Source of the DNA: an uncultured Gemmatimonadota bacterium
GTDB taxonomy: Bacteria > Blakebacterota > Blakebacteria > Blakebacterales > Blakebacteraceae
Reading direction: 5' to 3'
NCBI GenBank assembly: GCA_964576115.1
Contig: CAZNUA010000020.1
Location: 1-63,425, forward strand
Length of the DNA: 63,425 nt
Positions 8,654 to 17,556 of the stretch are shown here, piece after piece (the first letter of the stretch is position 1; each line of letters begins with the position of its first letter). The translations under genes and the position numbers were made by a program. The notes under the pieces were generated by a model. It did no database searches. It was given only the letters and a program-made list of their open reading frames with translations, and was not told the DNA's origin.

Positions 8654-11362
8654 GTGGCCCGAGTCCCGTTCTTCAAACGCCGTTTCCGCTCGACTGATTT
8701 CCATCCGGCCCCCGAGCGCGATGTCAGTGACGAAATCGCCTTTCACCTGGCACAGAAGGTCGAGGATCTGATCGCCTCGGGGCTTTCACCCGAGGAGGCC
8801 GAACGCCGGGCCCGCGAGCTCTTCGGGAACCAGGAGCGAGTGCAGGATGAGTGCACCGGTTATACCCGCACCCGGGCCCGCCGGCGCACGCTCGGCACAC
8901 TTTTCGAGGACGTCGGCCAGGACCTGCGCTTTACGCTGCGCACCCTGCGCCGGCGGCCGCTTTTCACCGTCATCATCGTCCTGACCCTCGGTCTGGGTAT
9001 CGGCATTTCGACCGCGATGTACAGCGTGATCGAGGGGGTGCTGCTCTACCGGCTTCCCTTCACCGAACCCGATGAAATCGTCAATGTCTTCCGGGCGTTC
9101 CCTGAGTGGCGGGACATGGAAGCCCTGCAGCAGTACTGGGATCGAATCCCCATCGAGTATGAGCAATACCGGAACTGGGAGGAGAGGAACACGCTGTTTG
9201 CCGGCATCGGGGTGCATCGGATCCGGCGGATGATCCTCACCGGTCGGGGTGACACCCGTGAGATCGCGGTCGGCGTGGCCAGTACCTCCCTCTTGCCCGT
9301 GCTCGGTGTCGAACCCGTGCTCGGGCGCCTCTTCCAGCCCGACGAAGAGGGCTTTGCGGACGGTACCGGTGCCCCGGTGGCCCTGGTGAGCCATGAGATG
9401 TGGCGGGACGCGTTCGGCGCCGATCCGGAGGTGGTGGGCAAGAGCCTGCAGCTGAATGACCGGCAGTTCGAGGTCATCGGGGTGCTGCCACGCCACTTCC
9501 GGCTGCGCTGGATGGGTCAGTCCCACGCCGGGGAAGTCGACACCGGTGTTCGGGATATCTGGATACCCCTCGGCTCCTCCGGATTGAGTCTCACCGGAGG
9601 CAGCTGGGAAGCGATCGGACGGCTCAGCACCGATATCCCCCGTGAAGCCGCAATCGCCGAAACCGGACAGATCCTGCTGGGCGAAACCGATCCCGGGGAG
9701 AGGTATGTCAGGATCGTTCCCCGCAAAGAAGCTGAAACAGAGGGTTTGACCACCCCCCTGGTCCTGCTCTTTGCCGCCACGGCCCTGCTGATGCTGATCG
9801 CCTGCATCAATGTCGCCACACTGTACCTGAGCGAACTGTACAGCCGTCAGAAAGAGCTCATCACCCGGGCTATGCTGGGGGCGGGCCGGCGCCGGATCGT
9901 GAGGCAGATGCTCACCGAGAGCCTCGCACTGGGCCTGCTGGGGAGCCTGGCGGGATTCATCATCGCGGTCGCCGCCACCCGCCTCTTCGTAGCGCTGGCA
10001 CCGTCGATTCCACAGATCGGGATGGTCGGTCTCAATGCCCGGGTGCTGACGTACATGGTTCTCGCCGGTCTGGTGACCGGACTCGTCTTCGGGACCGCTC
10101 CGGCGCTGCTGCAGGCCCACACGTCGTCCGCAGCAGCGCTGCGATCGTACGCGCACACCGCGACGGTGCGAGGGCGCAGGTTCCAGCAGGTGGTTCTCCT
10201 GCTTCAGGTTGCCTTCACGGTGGTATTGCTCATCTCCGGCGGTCTGCTGACACGGAGTTATTCAGGCCTGATGTCGGTCGATCCGGGCTTCAATCCCCGT
10301 CATCTCGCGACGCTGCATATCACCTTCCCTCACGATCGCGATACCGCCAGTAGCGAGGCCTGGACGCTCTGTCAGGAGATCATGCACCGCACGCGATCCC
10401 TGCCCGGCGTCACGGCAATCAGTACGACCAACTGCATCCCCTTCCCGGGGAAACAAAACCTCAATACCACGCCACTGTACCTGAGTGATCCCGACACGAA
10501 GAGTGGCTATCGAAGCGTCAGGACAACTGAATACCGGATCGCTCCCGGGTATTTTGGAACCCTGGAGCTGCCTCTGCTGGCCGGCCGGGCGATCGCGGAA
10601 CAGGATGGTCCCGAAGCGTCTCCGGTGTGCGTCATCAACGAAAGCCTGGCCCGCCGCAACTGGGGCGATACCTCCCCAGTAGGCGATCAGGTGGCGTACT
10701 GGGGCGGAAGAATGACGATCGTCGGGGTCATCGGGGACGCCCGGCGGGAGGCCCTCGATGAAGCGATCGAGCCGACCATGTACGTACCTCTGGCCCAGAG
10801 GCTGGAGGAGCTGGAGGAGAACAGTGACGTCTACCTGATGGTCCGCACCGCCGGAGACACCCGGGCTGTCATCCCCGCCGTCCGTGAGTCCATCCGATCG
10901 ATCGATGATGATATTCTCGTCGAGGCCGCAACGCCGATGACAGCCTATATCGCCGATTCCACCCGCGAGGAACGTTTCCGCACCTTCCTGATGGGATCCT
11001 TCGCCCTCATGGCACTGCTGCTCGCGCTGGCCGGCATTTTCGGGGTCACCGCCCGGGCGGTGGCCTCGCGCAGCACCGAACTCGGAATCCGCCTGGCCCT
11101 TGGAGCCCGCCACCAGAGTCTCATCGGATCCTCGGTGCGGCAGAATCTGAAGCTCTTCCTGCTCGGCCTGGGGTGCGGCCTGGGACTCTCGCTCTGGACA
11201 ACCCGCTTTCTCTCCGGATTCCTGTTCGAGATCACGGTGCTGGACCCGGCCACCTGGGTCATCGTGGCCCTGCTCTTCCTGCTCGTCTGCCTGCTGGCCA
11301 GTTATCTGCCCGCCCGGCGGGTGCTGCGGATCGATCCGGTCGCAGCCCTGCGGGCGGAGTAA
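8654..11362 (+). CDS. ADOP-family duplicated ABC permease
   Basis: Same motifs; GTG start at 8654 after AAGGAG, matching the N-terminus of the preceding paralog. Confidence 0.92.
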   Translation: MARVPFFKRRFRSTDFHPAPERDVSDEIAFHLAQKVEDLIASGLSPEEAERRARELFGNQERVQDECTGYTRTRARRRTLGTLFEDVGQDLRFTLRTLRRRPLFTVIIVLTLGLGIGISTAMYSVIEGVLLYRLPFTEPDEIVNVFRAFPEWRDMEALQQYWDRIPIEYEQYRNWEERNTLFAGIGVHRIRRMILTGRGDTREIAVGVASTSLLPVLGVEPVLGRLFQPDEEGFADGTGAPVALVSHEMWRDAFGADPEVVGKSLQLNDRQFEVIGVLPRHFRLRWMGQSHAGEVDTGVRDIWIPLGSSGLSLTGGSWEAIGRLSTDIPREAAIAETGQILLGETDPGERYVRIVPRKEAETEGLTTPLVLLFAATALLMLIACINVATLYLSELYSRQKELITRAMLGAGRRRIVRQMLTESLALGLLGSLAGFIIAVAATRLFVALAPSIPQIGMVGLNARVLTYMVLAGLVTGLVFGTAPALLQAHTSSAAALRSYAHTATVRGRRFQQVVLLLQVAFTVVLLISGGLLTRSYSGLMSVDPGFNPRHLATLHITFPHDRDTASSEAWTLCQEIMHRTRSLPGVTAISTTNCIPFPGKQNLNTTPLYLSDPDTKSGYRSVRTTEYRIAPGYFGTLELPLLAGRAIAEQDGPEASPVCVINESLARRNWGDTSPVGDQVAYWGGRMTIVGVIGDARREALDEAIEPTMYVPLAQRLEELEENSDVYLMVRTAGDTRAVIPAVRESIRSIDDDILVEAATPMTAYIADSTREERFRTFLMGSFALMALLLALAGIFGVTARAVASRSTELGIRLALGARHQSLIGSSVRQNLKLFLLGLGCGLGLSLWTTRFLSGFLFEITVLDPATWVIVALLFLLVCLLASYLPARRVLRIDPVAALRAE

Positions 11363-11536
11363 GCCGATAGTGGAGTCGACTGATAGTGGGGTGGGCCGAT
11401 AAAAGACACGGCGCCGGTTCGATATTCCCGACTTCCTGACTGACTGCGGTTACTACGTACACCATCCCGCGAATATGATGACATTCAAGCGCTGATATAA
11501 TCCGACCAGTTGCAGTCTGTTCTGAAAAATCTGAAA

Positions 11537-11554
11537 CTACGAAACTTTTCGCAG
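11537..11554. promoter_or_regulatory. Imperfect palindrome, candidate PadR operator
   Basis: CTACGAAA-CT-TTTCGCAG upstream of padR. Confidence 0.4.
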
Positions 11555-11591
11555 AACCCGTCGTTATATATCATTGAAAGAAGGAAATATC

Positions 11592-11930
11592 ATGGCACGA
11601 TCCTATCTGGGCGAATTCGAACACCTGATCCTGCTCTCGATCATGCGGCTGGGCGATGACGCCTACGGGGTCACGATCCGGCGGGAGATCGAGCGGCATA
11701 CGGGCCGATCGGTGTCTCTGGGGGCCATCTATCCCGCTCTGGATCGGCTCGAGGAAAAGGGCTTCATCGACTCCCATGTCGGCGAACCGACGCCGACGCG
11801 CGGCGGGCGGGCCAAGCGCTACCTCCAGCTGACACCTGAAGGCCTCGACATGCTGGTGAGAACCCGCGTGATCATCCAGTCCTTCTGGGAAGGCTTCGAG
11901 CCTTCTTCAGAGACGGGGATGTCGTCATGA
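11592..11930 (+). CDS. PadR family transcriptional regulator
   Basis: LGEFEHLILLSI, AYGVTI, GAIYPALDRLEEKG, RGGRAKRY; AAGGA RBS before ATG 11592. Confidence 0.94.
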   Translation: MARSYLGEFEHLILLSIMRLGDDAYGVTIRREIERHTGRSVSLGAIYPALDRLEEKGFIDSHVGEPTPTRGGRAKRYLQLTPEGLDMLVRTRVIIQSFWEGFEPSSETGMSS

Positions 11931-11955
11931 GAACGGGGATAACGGGGATATCGTC

Positions 11956-14694
11956 ATGAGCGGGAGAAACCGGAAAGTACAGCCGATCCCTCCCCGGGTA
12001 CCGCGCTGGCTGGCGGCACTGCTGCCGGTCCGCCACCGGTCGTGGATCGTGGGTGATCTGATCGAGGAGTATGAGTCTTTCATCCTCCCCGAGAGAGGTC
12101 CCCGTCGAGCCCGGATCTGGTTCTGGACTCATTTCGCCAGGAGTGTCGTGACGAACAGGAGCGCACAAATGAAGAAGAGAATACGAAGAGATCGATCGAC
12201 TGATCATTCCGCGGAGGTTCAACGCACCGGACGCGCGTTCGCGGAATCCCTCCTGACCGATATCCGCTTCACCTTCCGGCAGATCCTCAAGAATCCCGGC
12301 TTCGGTCTCGTGATCGTGTTCACCCTGACCCTCGGGATCGGCGTGAACACACTCTGCTTCAGTATGGTCGAGTCGATCCTTCTGCGCCCCCTGCCTTTCC
12401 CCGATCCCGACCGCCTCGCCCGCGTGTCACTGCTCATGCCGCTGAACCCGGCCAGCGGGAGTGCTGAGCCGGGGAAGATGGTCTGGTCGTATCCGAAATA
12501 CCGCCTGCTCCGCGAATCCCAGCAGATATTCGAAACAACCACTACCTACTACCGGAGCAATATGATCCTTTCAGAAATGGGGGAACCGGGGAGGTTTGAG
12601 GGCGAAATCGTCGGGGACGAGTACTTTTCGATCCTCGGCATCGTACCGGAGTACGGGCGTGACTTCGCGACTGAAGTCGACGGGGATCATTCAAGGGACC
12701 AGGTCATCATTCTGGGGCACGATCTGTGGGAGCGGCACTTCGGTGGTGATCCGGACATTCTCGGGCAATCGGTCCTGCTGGATTCCATACCATTCACTGT
12801 CGTCGGAATCCTGCCGAAGGGCTTCCGCGGCCTGCACACCTCGGCGGACTTCTGGATTCCACAACGGTCACAGCCTGTGAGAGAAATATCCTACTGGCAC
12901 CAGTACCACGTCATCGCCCGTCTCCGCCCCGACGTGACCTGGGAGGGGGCGCAGGCGGCCATGACCGTACTCGGTGAGCGGATCGAAGCCGCGTATCCGT
13001 CAGATGAGCCGTGGGGTGCAACGCTCGAACCGCTCAACGAATACCGCTTCAAACCCGACACCCGCACCATGATCCTGGTCCTGTTCGCGATCACCGGTTT
13101 CGTGCTGCTGCTGACCTGTGTGAACATCGCCAACCTGCTGCTCAGCCGATCGATGTCACGGCAGTCGGAGCTGGCTGTCAGGACCTCGCTGGGCGCCGGT
13201 CGGGGACGCCTCTTCCGGCAGACACTCACGGAGAGTCTCACCCTTTCCGTACTGGGCGGCGTTGCCGGACTCCTTCTGTCGGGGGTGGGTCTCCTGGTTC
13301 TGAGAAACAGCGATATCTTCGGACGAGTGGGTCTGAAGGGCATCGAGATCGTCACATTCAAGGCTATGTCCCTGAATACGAGCGTCCTGATCTTCACCCT
13401 GGTTATCACGGTTCTGACCGGAGTGCTCTTCGGTCTCCTGCCCGCCCTGTGGGTCTCCCGGATGAACATCGCATCCGCATTGCGTGCCCGGGGACGGCGT
13501 GTGGCCGGAACAGGCCGGGTGCTCAGATCGGGGAGCCAGGGTGTCCTGATTTTCCTCGAATCGGCTCTCTCTCTGGTCCTGCTCGCTGGTGCCGGTCTCC
13601 TGATACGAACCCTCATCCAGCTGGCGGTGATTGATCTCGGTTTCGATCCCCAACGCCTGCTCGCCGCCGAGATCTCACTATCCCGGCAGGAATACAATGC
13701 CTCGGCGGTGGAGCGGTTCCAGGCGCAGATCATCGAGCGGGCGTCTGGATACTCTCTGAGCGAATCGGTTGCCTTCTGTGAAAACGCACCGTTCACCGGC
13801 GGTACCAGGCAATCACGCGTTTTCGAGGCGGGTGACCGGCAATTCGATGGTGAATCGGGATTGCTCGTCGAATGGAACAGCGTCAGTACCGAGTACTTCC
13901 GCACCCTGGATATTCCGGTCCTGCAGGGACGGTCGTTCTCTTCAACAGACTGGGCCGGGGCACCGCCCGTGGCGATCCTGAGTCAGGAGGCTGCGAATCA
14001 TCTCTGGCCCGATGAGAACTGCATCGGCAAGACGATCTCGATACGCGGTCTCGAGTCGGCCGAGATCATCGGCATCGTCGGCGATATCCGGCGTGATCGC
14101 ATCGAGGATTCGTCCGACCCGGTCGTGTACGCACACCTGCTACAGTCTCCCCGGCAATCCGGATTCCTGCTCGCCCGCTCACATACCCGGGCGGTCGACC
14201 TGGCGCCGGCGATCAGGGCCGCGATCCACGAACTCGATCCGAATCTGCCGCTCACCACGCTTGGTCCGATGACGGACCTGATCGCGGACGAGACCTGGTC
14301 GGTGCGGTCCATGACGCTGCTGCTCTCGATCCTGACGCTGGTGGTCCTCGGCCTTGCTTCGATTGGATTGTACGGGGTCGTCTCCGGCATCATCAGACAG
14401 CGCACTCGTGAGCTGGGCATCCGCATCGCTCTGGGCGCTTCCCGGCACGAGGTCATCCGTTCCGTCATGGGATGGCCCCTGCTGTTGTCGGCTCTGGGCG
14501 TACTCGCCGGAATCGCCCTTTCAACCGTCTGCACCCGGGTTCTGGTCTCCCTGCTTTACGGCGTGCCGGCGGTTGATCCGGTCACCTTGATCTGTGCGGC
14601 CGCGATCCTCCTGGCAACTGCCGTTCTCTCGGGATTCCTGCCCGTTCGCCGGGTGTTGCGGATCGATCCTATCGAGACCCTGCGGACGGAATAA
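11956..14694 (+). CDS. ADOP-family duplicated ABC permease
   Basis: TLTLGIGVNT, LTCVNIANLLL, RELGIRIALGA, RRVLRIDPIETLR. Confidence 0.93.
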   Translation: MSGRNRKVQPIPPRVPRWLAALLPVRHRSWIVGDLIEEYESFILPERGPRRARIWFWTHFARSVVTNRSAQMKKRIRRDRSTDHSAEVQRTGRAFAESLLTDIRFTFRQILKNPGFGLVIVFTLTLGIGVNTLCFSMVESILLRPLPFPDPDRLARVSLLMPLNPASGSAEPGKMVWSYPKYRLLRESQQIFETTTTYYRSNMILSEMGEPGRFEGEIVGDEYFSILGIVPEYGRDFATEVDGDHSRDQVIILGHDLWERHFGGDPDILGQSVLLDSIPFTVVGILPKGFRGLHTSADFWIPQRSQPVREISYWHQYHVIARLRPDVTWEGAQAAMTVLGERIEAAYPSDEPWGATLEPLNEYRFKPDTRTMILVLFAITGFVLLLTCVNIANLLLSRSMSRQSELAVRTSLGAGRGRLFRQTLTESLTLSVLGGVAGLLLSGVGLLVLRNSDIFGRVGLKGIEIVTFKAMSLNTSVLIFTLVITVLTGVLFGLLPALWVSRMNIASALRARGRRVAGTGRVLRSGSQGVLIFLESALSLVLLAGAGLLIRTLIQLAVIDLGFDPQRLLAAEISLSRQEYNASAVERFQAQIIERASGYSLSESVAFCENAPFTGGTRQSRVFEAGDRQFDGESGLLVEWNSVSTEYFRTLDIPVLQGRSFSSTDWAGAPPVAILSQEAANHLWPDENCIGKTISIRGLESAEIIGIVGDIRRDRIEDSSDPVVYAHLLQSPRQSGFLLARSHTRAVDLAPAIRAAIHELDPNLPLTTLGPMTDLIADETWSVRSMTLLLSILTLVVLGLASIGLYGVVSGIIRQRTRELGIRIALGASRHEVIRSVMGWPLLLSALGVLAGIALSTVCTRVLVSLLYGVPAVDPVTLICAAAILLATAVLSGFLPVRRVLRIDPIETLRTE

Positions 14695-14775
14695 GCGGAA
14701 GGCGGTCCTGTGCCCTCCGCCATCACCCTCCCACACACGTTCGCAGGTTGCCCTTTGCGGGCGCCAGGGACCAAC

Positions 14776-15969
14776 TCACGGCCAGATGACCGAATAGCGT
14801 CGAGCCGTATTCGATTCGACCGCATCGAGGATCCAGAGGTCCCCGAATGGATCGAAAATAATGACACTCGCCCGCCCGTCGACAGGTACGGCTGCCTGCA
14901 GATCGCCATCGGTACCGTAGATCTCGAGCCTGAGCACGCCTTCCCACTCACCCTCGGACTCAGCAACTTCACTCGCCTCCTGATCGAGCAGGCGGGTGAG
15001 CACCCAGAGACGGCCCTCGGGATCAAAGGCTGCACTAAGAGAGATTTTATCGGCTTTCGGAACCCAGCGTTCGACGGCTGTACTGCCGTCTGCAGAGACA
15101 CTGTGCTCGAGTTCGAGCGTCGCTTCTTTGGGCAGGAAAGCAGTCTCCCGGGTGATCACCATCTCAAGTTCCCCGGTTCGGTAATCATACAGTGTGATCT
15201 CGGGGGAGTAGGTGTAGACCACGGCTACCGTTCCGTCCGGCCGGTAGGCCAGACTGATCCGGTTGAGCAGAACTGCCACGCGGAAATCATCGTTTTCGAT
15301 CAGCTCACACCACGAGCGGAGGATATCTCCCTCGGCGTTGACGACCTCCACCAGATCGAGCAGAGAATCGCCCGTGGGCGAGTCGCCCTGCAGAAGGACA
15401 CCATAGTTCCGCAGGACATCACGATTCGTGGCCCGCAGATATTCGCCGGGAACGGTCGGCGACATACCGGGGCGGCCCGGAATCACGGTGCCTTCGTACA
15501 TTTCCAAGCGCTCACTGCGCAGGAACTCGCCGGCGAGAGAGAAAAAGGATCGGCGCAGATTTCGATTGTCAATGACGACCACTTCTCCCGCCTCGTTCAG
15601 AAAGGCATCGGCAAGGCTGACGATCTCGCCCGGTCCCGAGCCCTGCGAACCGATCCGGAGTAAAAAAGCGCCTTCGCGGTCATAGACATGAACAGCGAAG
15701 TTGCCTCGATCGGGTACATAGAGGTTGCCCTCGGGATCAAAGAACATGGTGTGAGGTCGATAGAGCATCGCTCCCTCCGGTCCTTCCACCCCCGCCGCGG
15801 CAACCTCCCGAAGCCGGGGTTGGCGGTGGTGTACAGGCCGGAATCCATTTTCCACCCGGGGCACCTCCTGAGCAGCCAATCCCGGTGTTGTGAGGGGCGC
15901 AACGGCACAAGAGAGGATCAGACTGAATCCGATCCGATGCACGAGTGTACGAGCAGTTACACAGATCAT
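14776..15969 (-). CDS. 6-bladed beta-propeller (NHL-like) exported protein
   Basis: DPEGNLYVPD, IGSQGSGPGEI motifs, signal-peptide-like N-terminus; start uncertain (ORF open to 16029). Confidence 0.8.
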   Translation of the reverse strand: MICVTARTLVHRIGFSLILSCAVAPLTTPGLAAQEVPRVENGFRPVHHRQPRLREVAAAGVEGPEGAMLYRPHTMFFDPEGNLYVPDRGNFAVHVYDREGAFLLRIGSQGSGPGEIVSLADAFLNEAGEVVVIDNRNLRRSFFSLAGEFLRSERLEMYEGTVIPGRPGMSPTVPGEYLRATNRDVLRNYGVLLQGDSPTGDSLLDLVEVVNAEGDILRSWCELIENDDFRVAVLLNRISLAYRPDGTVAVVYTYSPEITLYDYRTGELEMVITRETAFLPKEATLELEHSVSADGSTAVERWVPKADKISLSAAFDPEGRLWVLTRLLDQEASEVAESEGEWEGVLRLEIYGTDGDLQAAVPVDGRASVIIFDPFGDLWILDAVESNTARRYSVIWP

Positions 15970-16080
15970 GGGGATTGATTCTCCTGTAAGAATGGCACGG
16001 TACAACGAAACCACTTGCATATTATTCAATAAAACGCCTACTGCTATTCGGTTCAGGAGATTCGATCTGGAATGAGTGTC

Positions 16081-16108
16081 AGCGCCCTGTCACGTGATAT
16101 GACACTAG
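16081..16108. repeat. Inverted copy 2 of the CTAG-ended palindromic element
   Basis: Reverse complement CTAGTGTCATATCACGTGACAGGGCGCT matches 349-376 at 26/28; its CTAG overlaps the TAG stop of the upstream gene. Confidence 0.7.
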
Positions 16109-17268
16109 CGTGAGATCCGGTACCTGATGAAGGTGATCTCACCTGCCTCGGACACGAGACAGTAGTGAAAGCAGCCGTCGCGGACGGGCGCGCCCAGGAT
16201 CGGGAAACGTCCCTCCCCCTCGAGGGTCACTTCCCCCAGGAGGGTGCCGTCGGTTGCGAAGGCGTCATAGTACCGATAGCGGAAGCGCTCCTCCTGCTCC
16301 TCCTCTCTGAAAGCATGCACGAGCAGATTGCCCTCGGAATCGGCGATGATCAGGTCGAAGGCCGGCATGAAGCGGGGCCACTCGGTGTGGCGCACGATAT
16401 AGGGCGGCGCCCCCTCCTGAACCACTCCCCCCTGCGACCACACGATCCCGGCCAGCCACTGCTCGCGGTCGCTCTCGGTCACCCGCACCCGCGGCCGGTC
16501 GTACGAAAAGGAGGAGATGAGTCCGTCGTCCACATCGTGGATCTCGATCCGGTACTCCTCGCCGAAACCCAGGGCAATCCGCCCGTCGGGCAGCAGCGCC
16601 CACTGCAGGCTGGGTGCGAACGGCCGGGGGATACCCCGGTTACCCTCCGGCAGCCACTTGCTGACCTGCGCGGCCCGCTCGTGGATCGTACGGATGTACT
16701 CCATCTCAGGGGAATAGAGCCGGAGCATTTCGAGCTCCATCTCGCGCGGATTATCGGGGTGGCTCTTGTGACTGTGCAGGATGATACGCCCGTCGGGCAG
16801 AGCCTGGAGGCGGTTGGGCCAGCCTTCGGCGCCGCGGTCGAGGGGACGGGTGTGCAGAAGTTCCCCGTCGAGAGTGAGGATGCAGAAGCGGGTGTTACCC
16901 ATATCCCAGACGACGAGTCGGTTGTTCGAGATAGTGGTGAAGTAGGGGGTGGTGAAATCGGCCGGTCCCGAACCGCTCCGGCCGATGGTGCGCTGGAAGA
17001 TGCCGTCGGATCCGAAGACCTTGATATGATCGGCATCAAAATCCGCAAAGTAGATATTCCCGTCGGCATCGACCGAGGTCGACCACGACTGCTCGAAGCC
17101 CACGAAATAGACTTCGTCGGGCAGGTCGGTATCGGTCACCTCGAACTCGGGCACCAGGCGGATCGTACCGCTACGGTAGAAATCGGCCAGTGAGTCCTGA
17201 GCCGTTGCTCGTCCCGGGGTGACGAGAAGAAGGGCAAGGACGAAATGAGACAGGTGCCGGGCCGGCAT
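16105..17268 (-). CDS. 6-bladed beta-propeller exported protein
   Basis: DADGNIYFAD, IGRSGSGPADF, DSEGNLLV; signal peptide ending ATA-Q. Confidence 0.82.
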   Translation of the reverse strand: MPARHLSHFVLALLLVTPGRATAQDSLADFYRSGTIRLVPEFEVTDTDLPDEVYFVGFEQSWSTSVDADGNIYFADFDADHIKVFGSDGIFQRTIGRSGSGPADFTTPYFTTISNNRLVVWDMGNTRFCILTLDGELLHTRPLDRGAEGWPNRLQALPDGRIILHSHKSHPDNPREMELEMLRLYSPEMEYIRTIHERAAQVSKWLPEGNRGIPRPFAPSLQWALLPDGRIALGFGEEYRIEIHDVDDGLISSFSYDRPRVRVTESDREQWLAGIVWSQGGVVQEGAPPYIVRHTEWPRFMPAFDLIIADSEGNLLVHAFREEEQEERFRYRYYDAFATDGTLLGEVTLEGEGRFPILGAPVRDGCFHYCLVSEAGEITFIRYRISR

Positions 17269-17556
17269 GGGGACCTCTTTTTTCAATAAATGAGCTGCAC
17301 TGTGTGATGATTTCCGAACACTTCTGAATACGTCCGCTCTGCCGCGTGGTTCCGCGCCCGCTGCCGGTTAATCGTCCGGGCTTCCTCTGTGAAAAGACCT
17401 TCCTGCTGGGTTTTCACCCGGCAGCCGGGGGCGTAGTGTCTGAAGTGCAGGCAGGGATGTTCCTACCTGGACGTTCCTGTATTTCTCTGGTAAAGTATTA
17501 TGCCTTTTTTTCGCTGCACGCGGAATGCACGTCCACCCGGATCGGGGACAAAACCG

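Noticed and set aside
14695-14720. Hairpin GCGGAAGGC...GCCCTCCGC as terminator between convergent genes
   Set aside because: Imperfect stem and no U-tract; too weak to call
15993-16020. TGGCAC...TTGCA as a second sigma-54 promoter
   Set aside because: Spacing far exceeds GG-N10-GC and orientation is opposite to the adjacent gene
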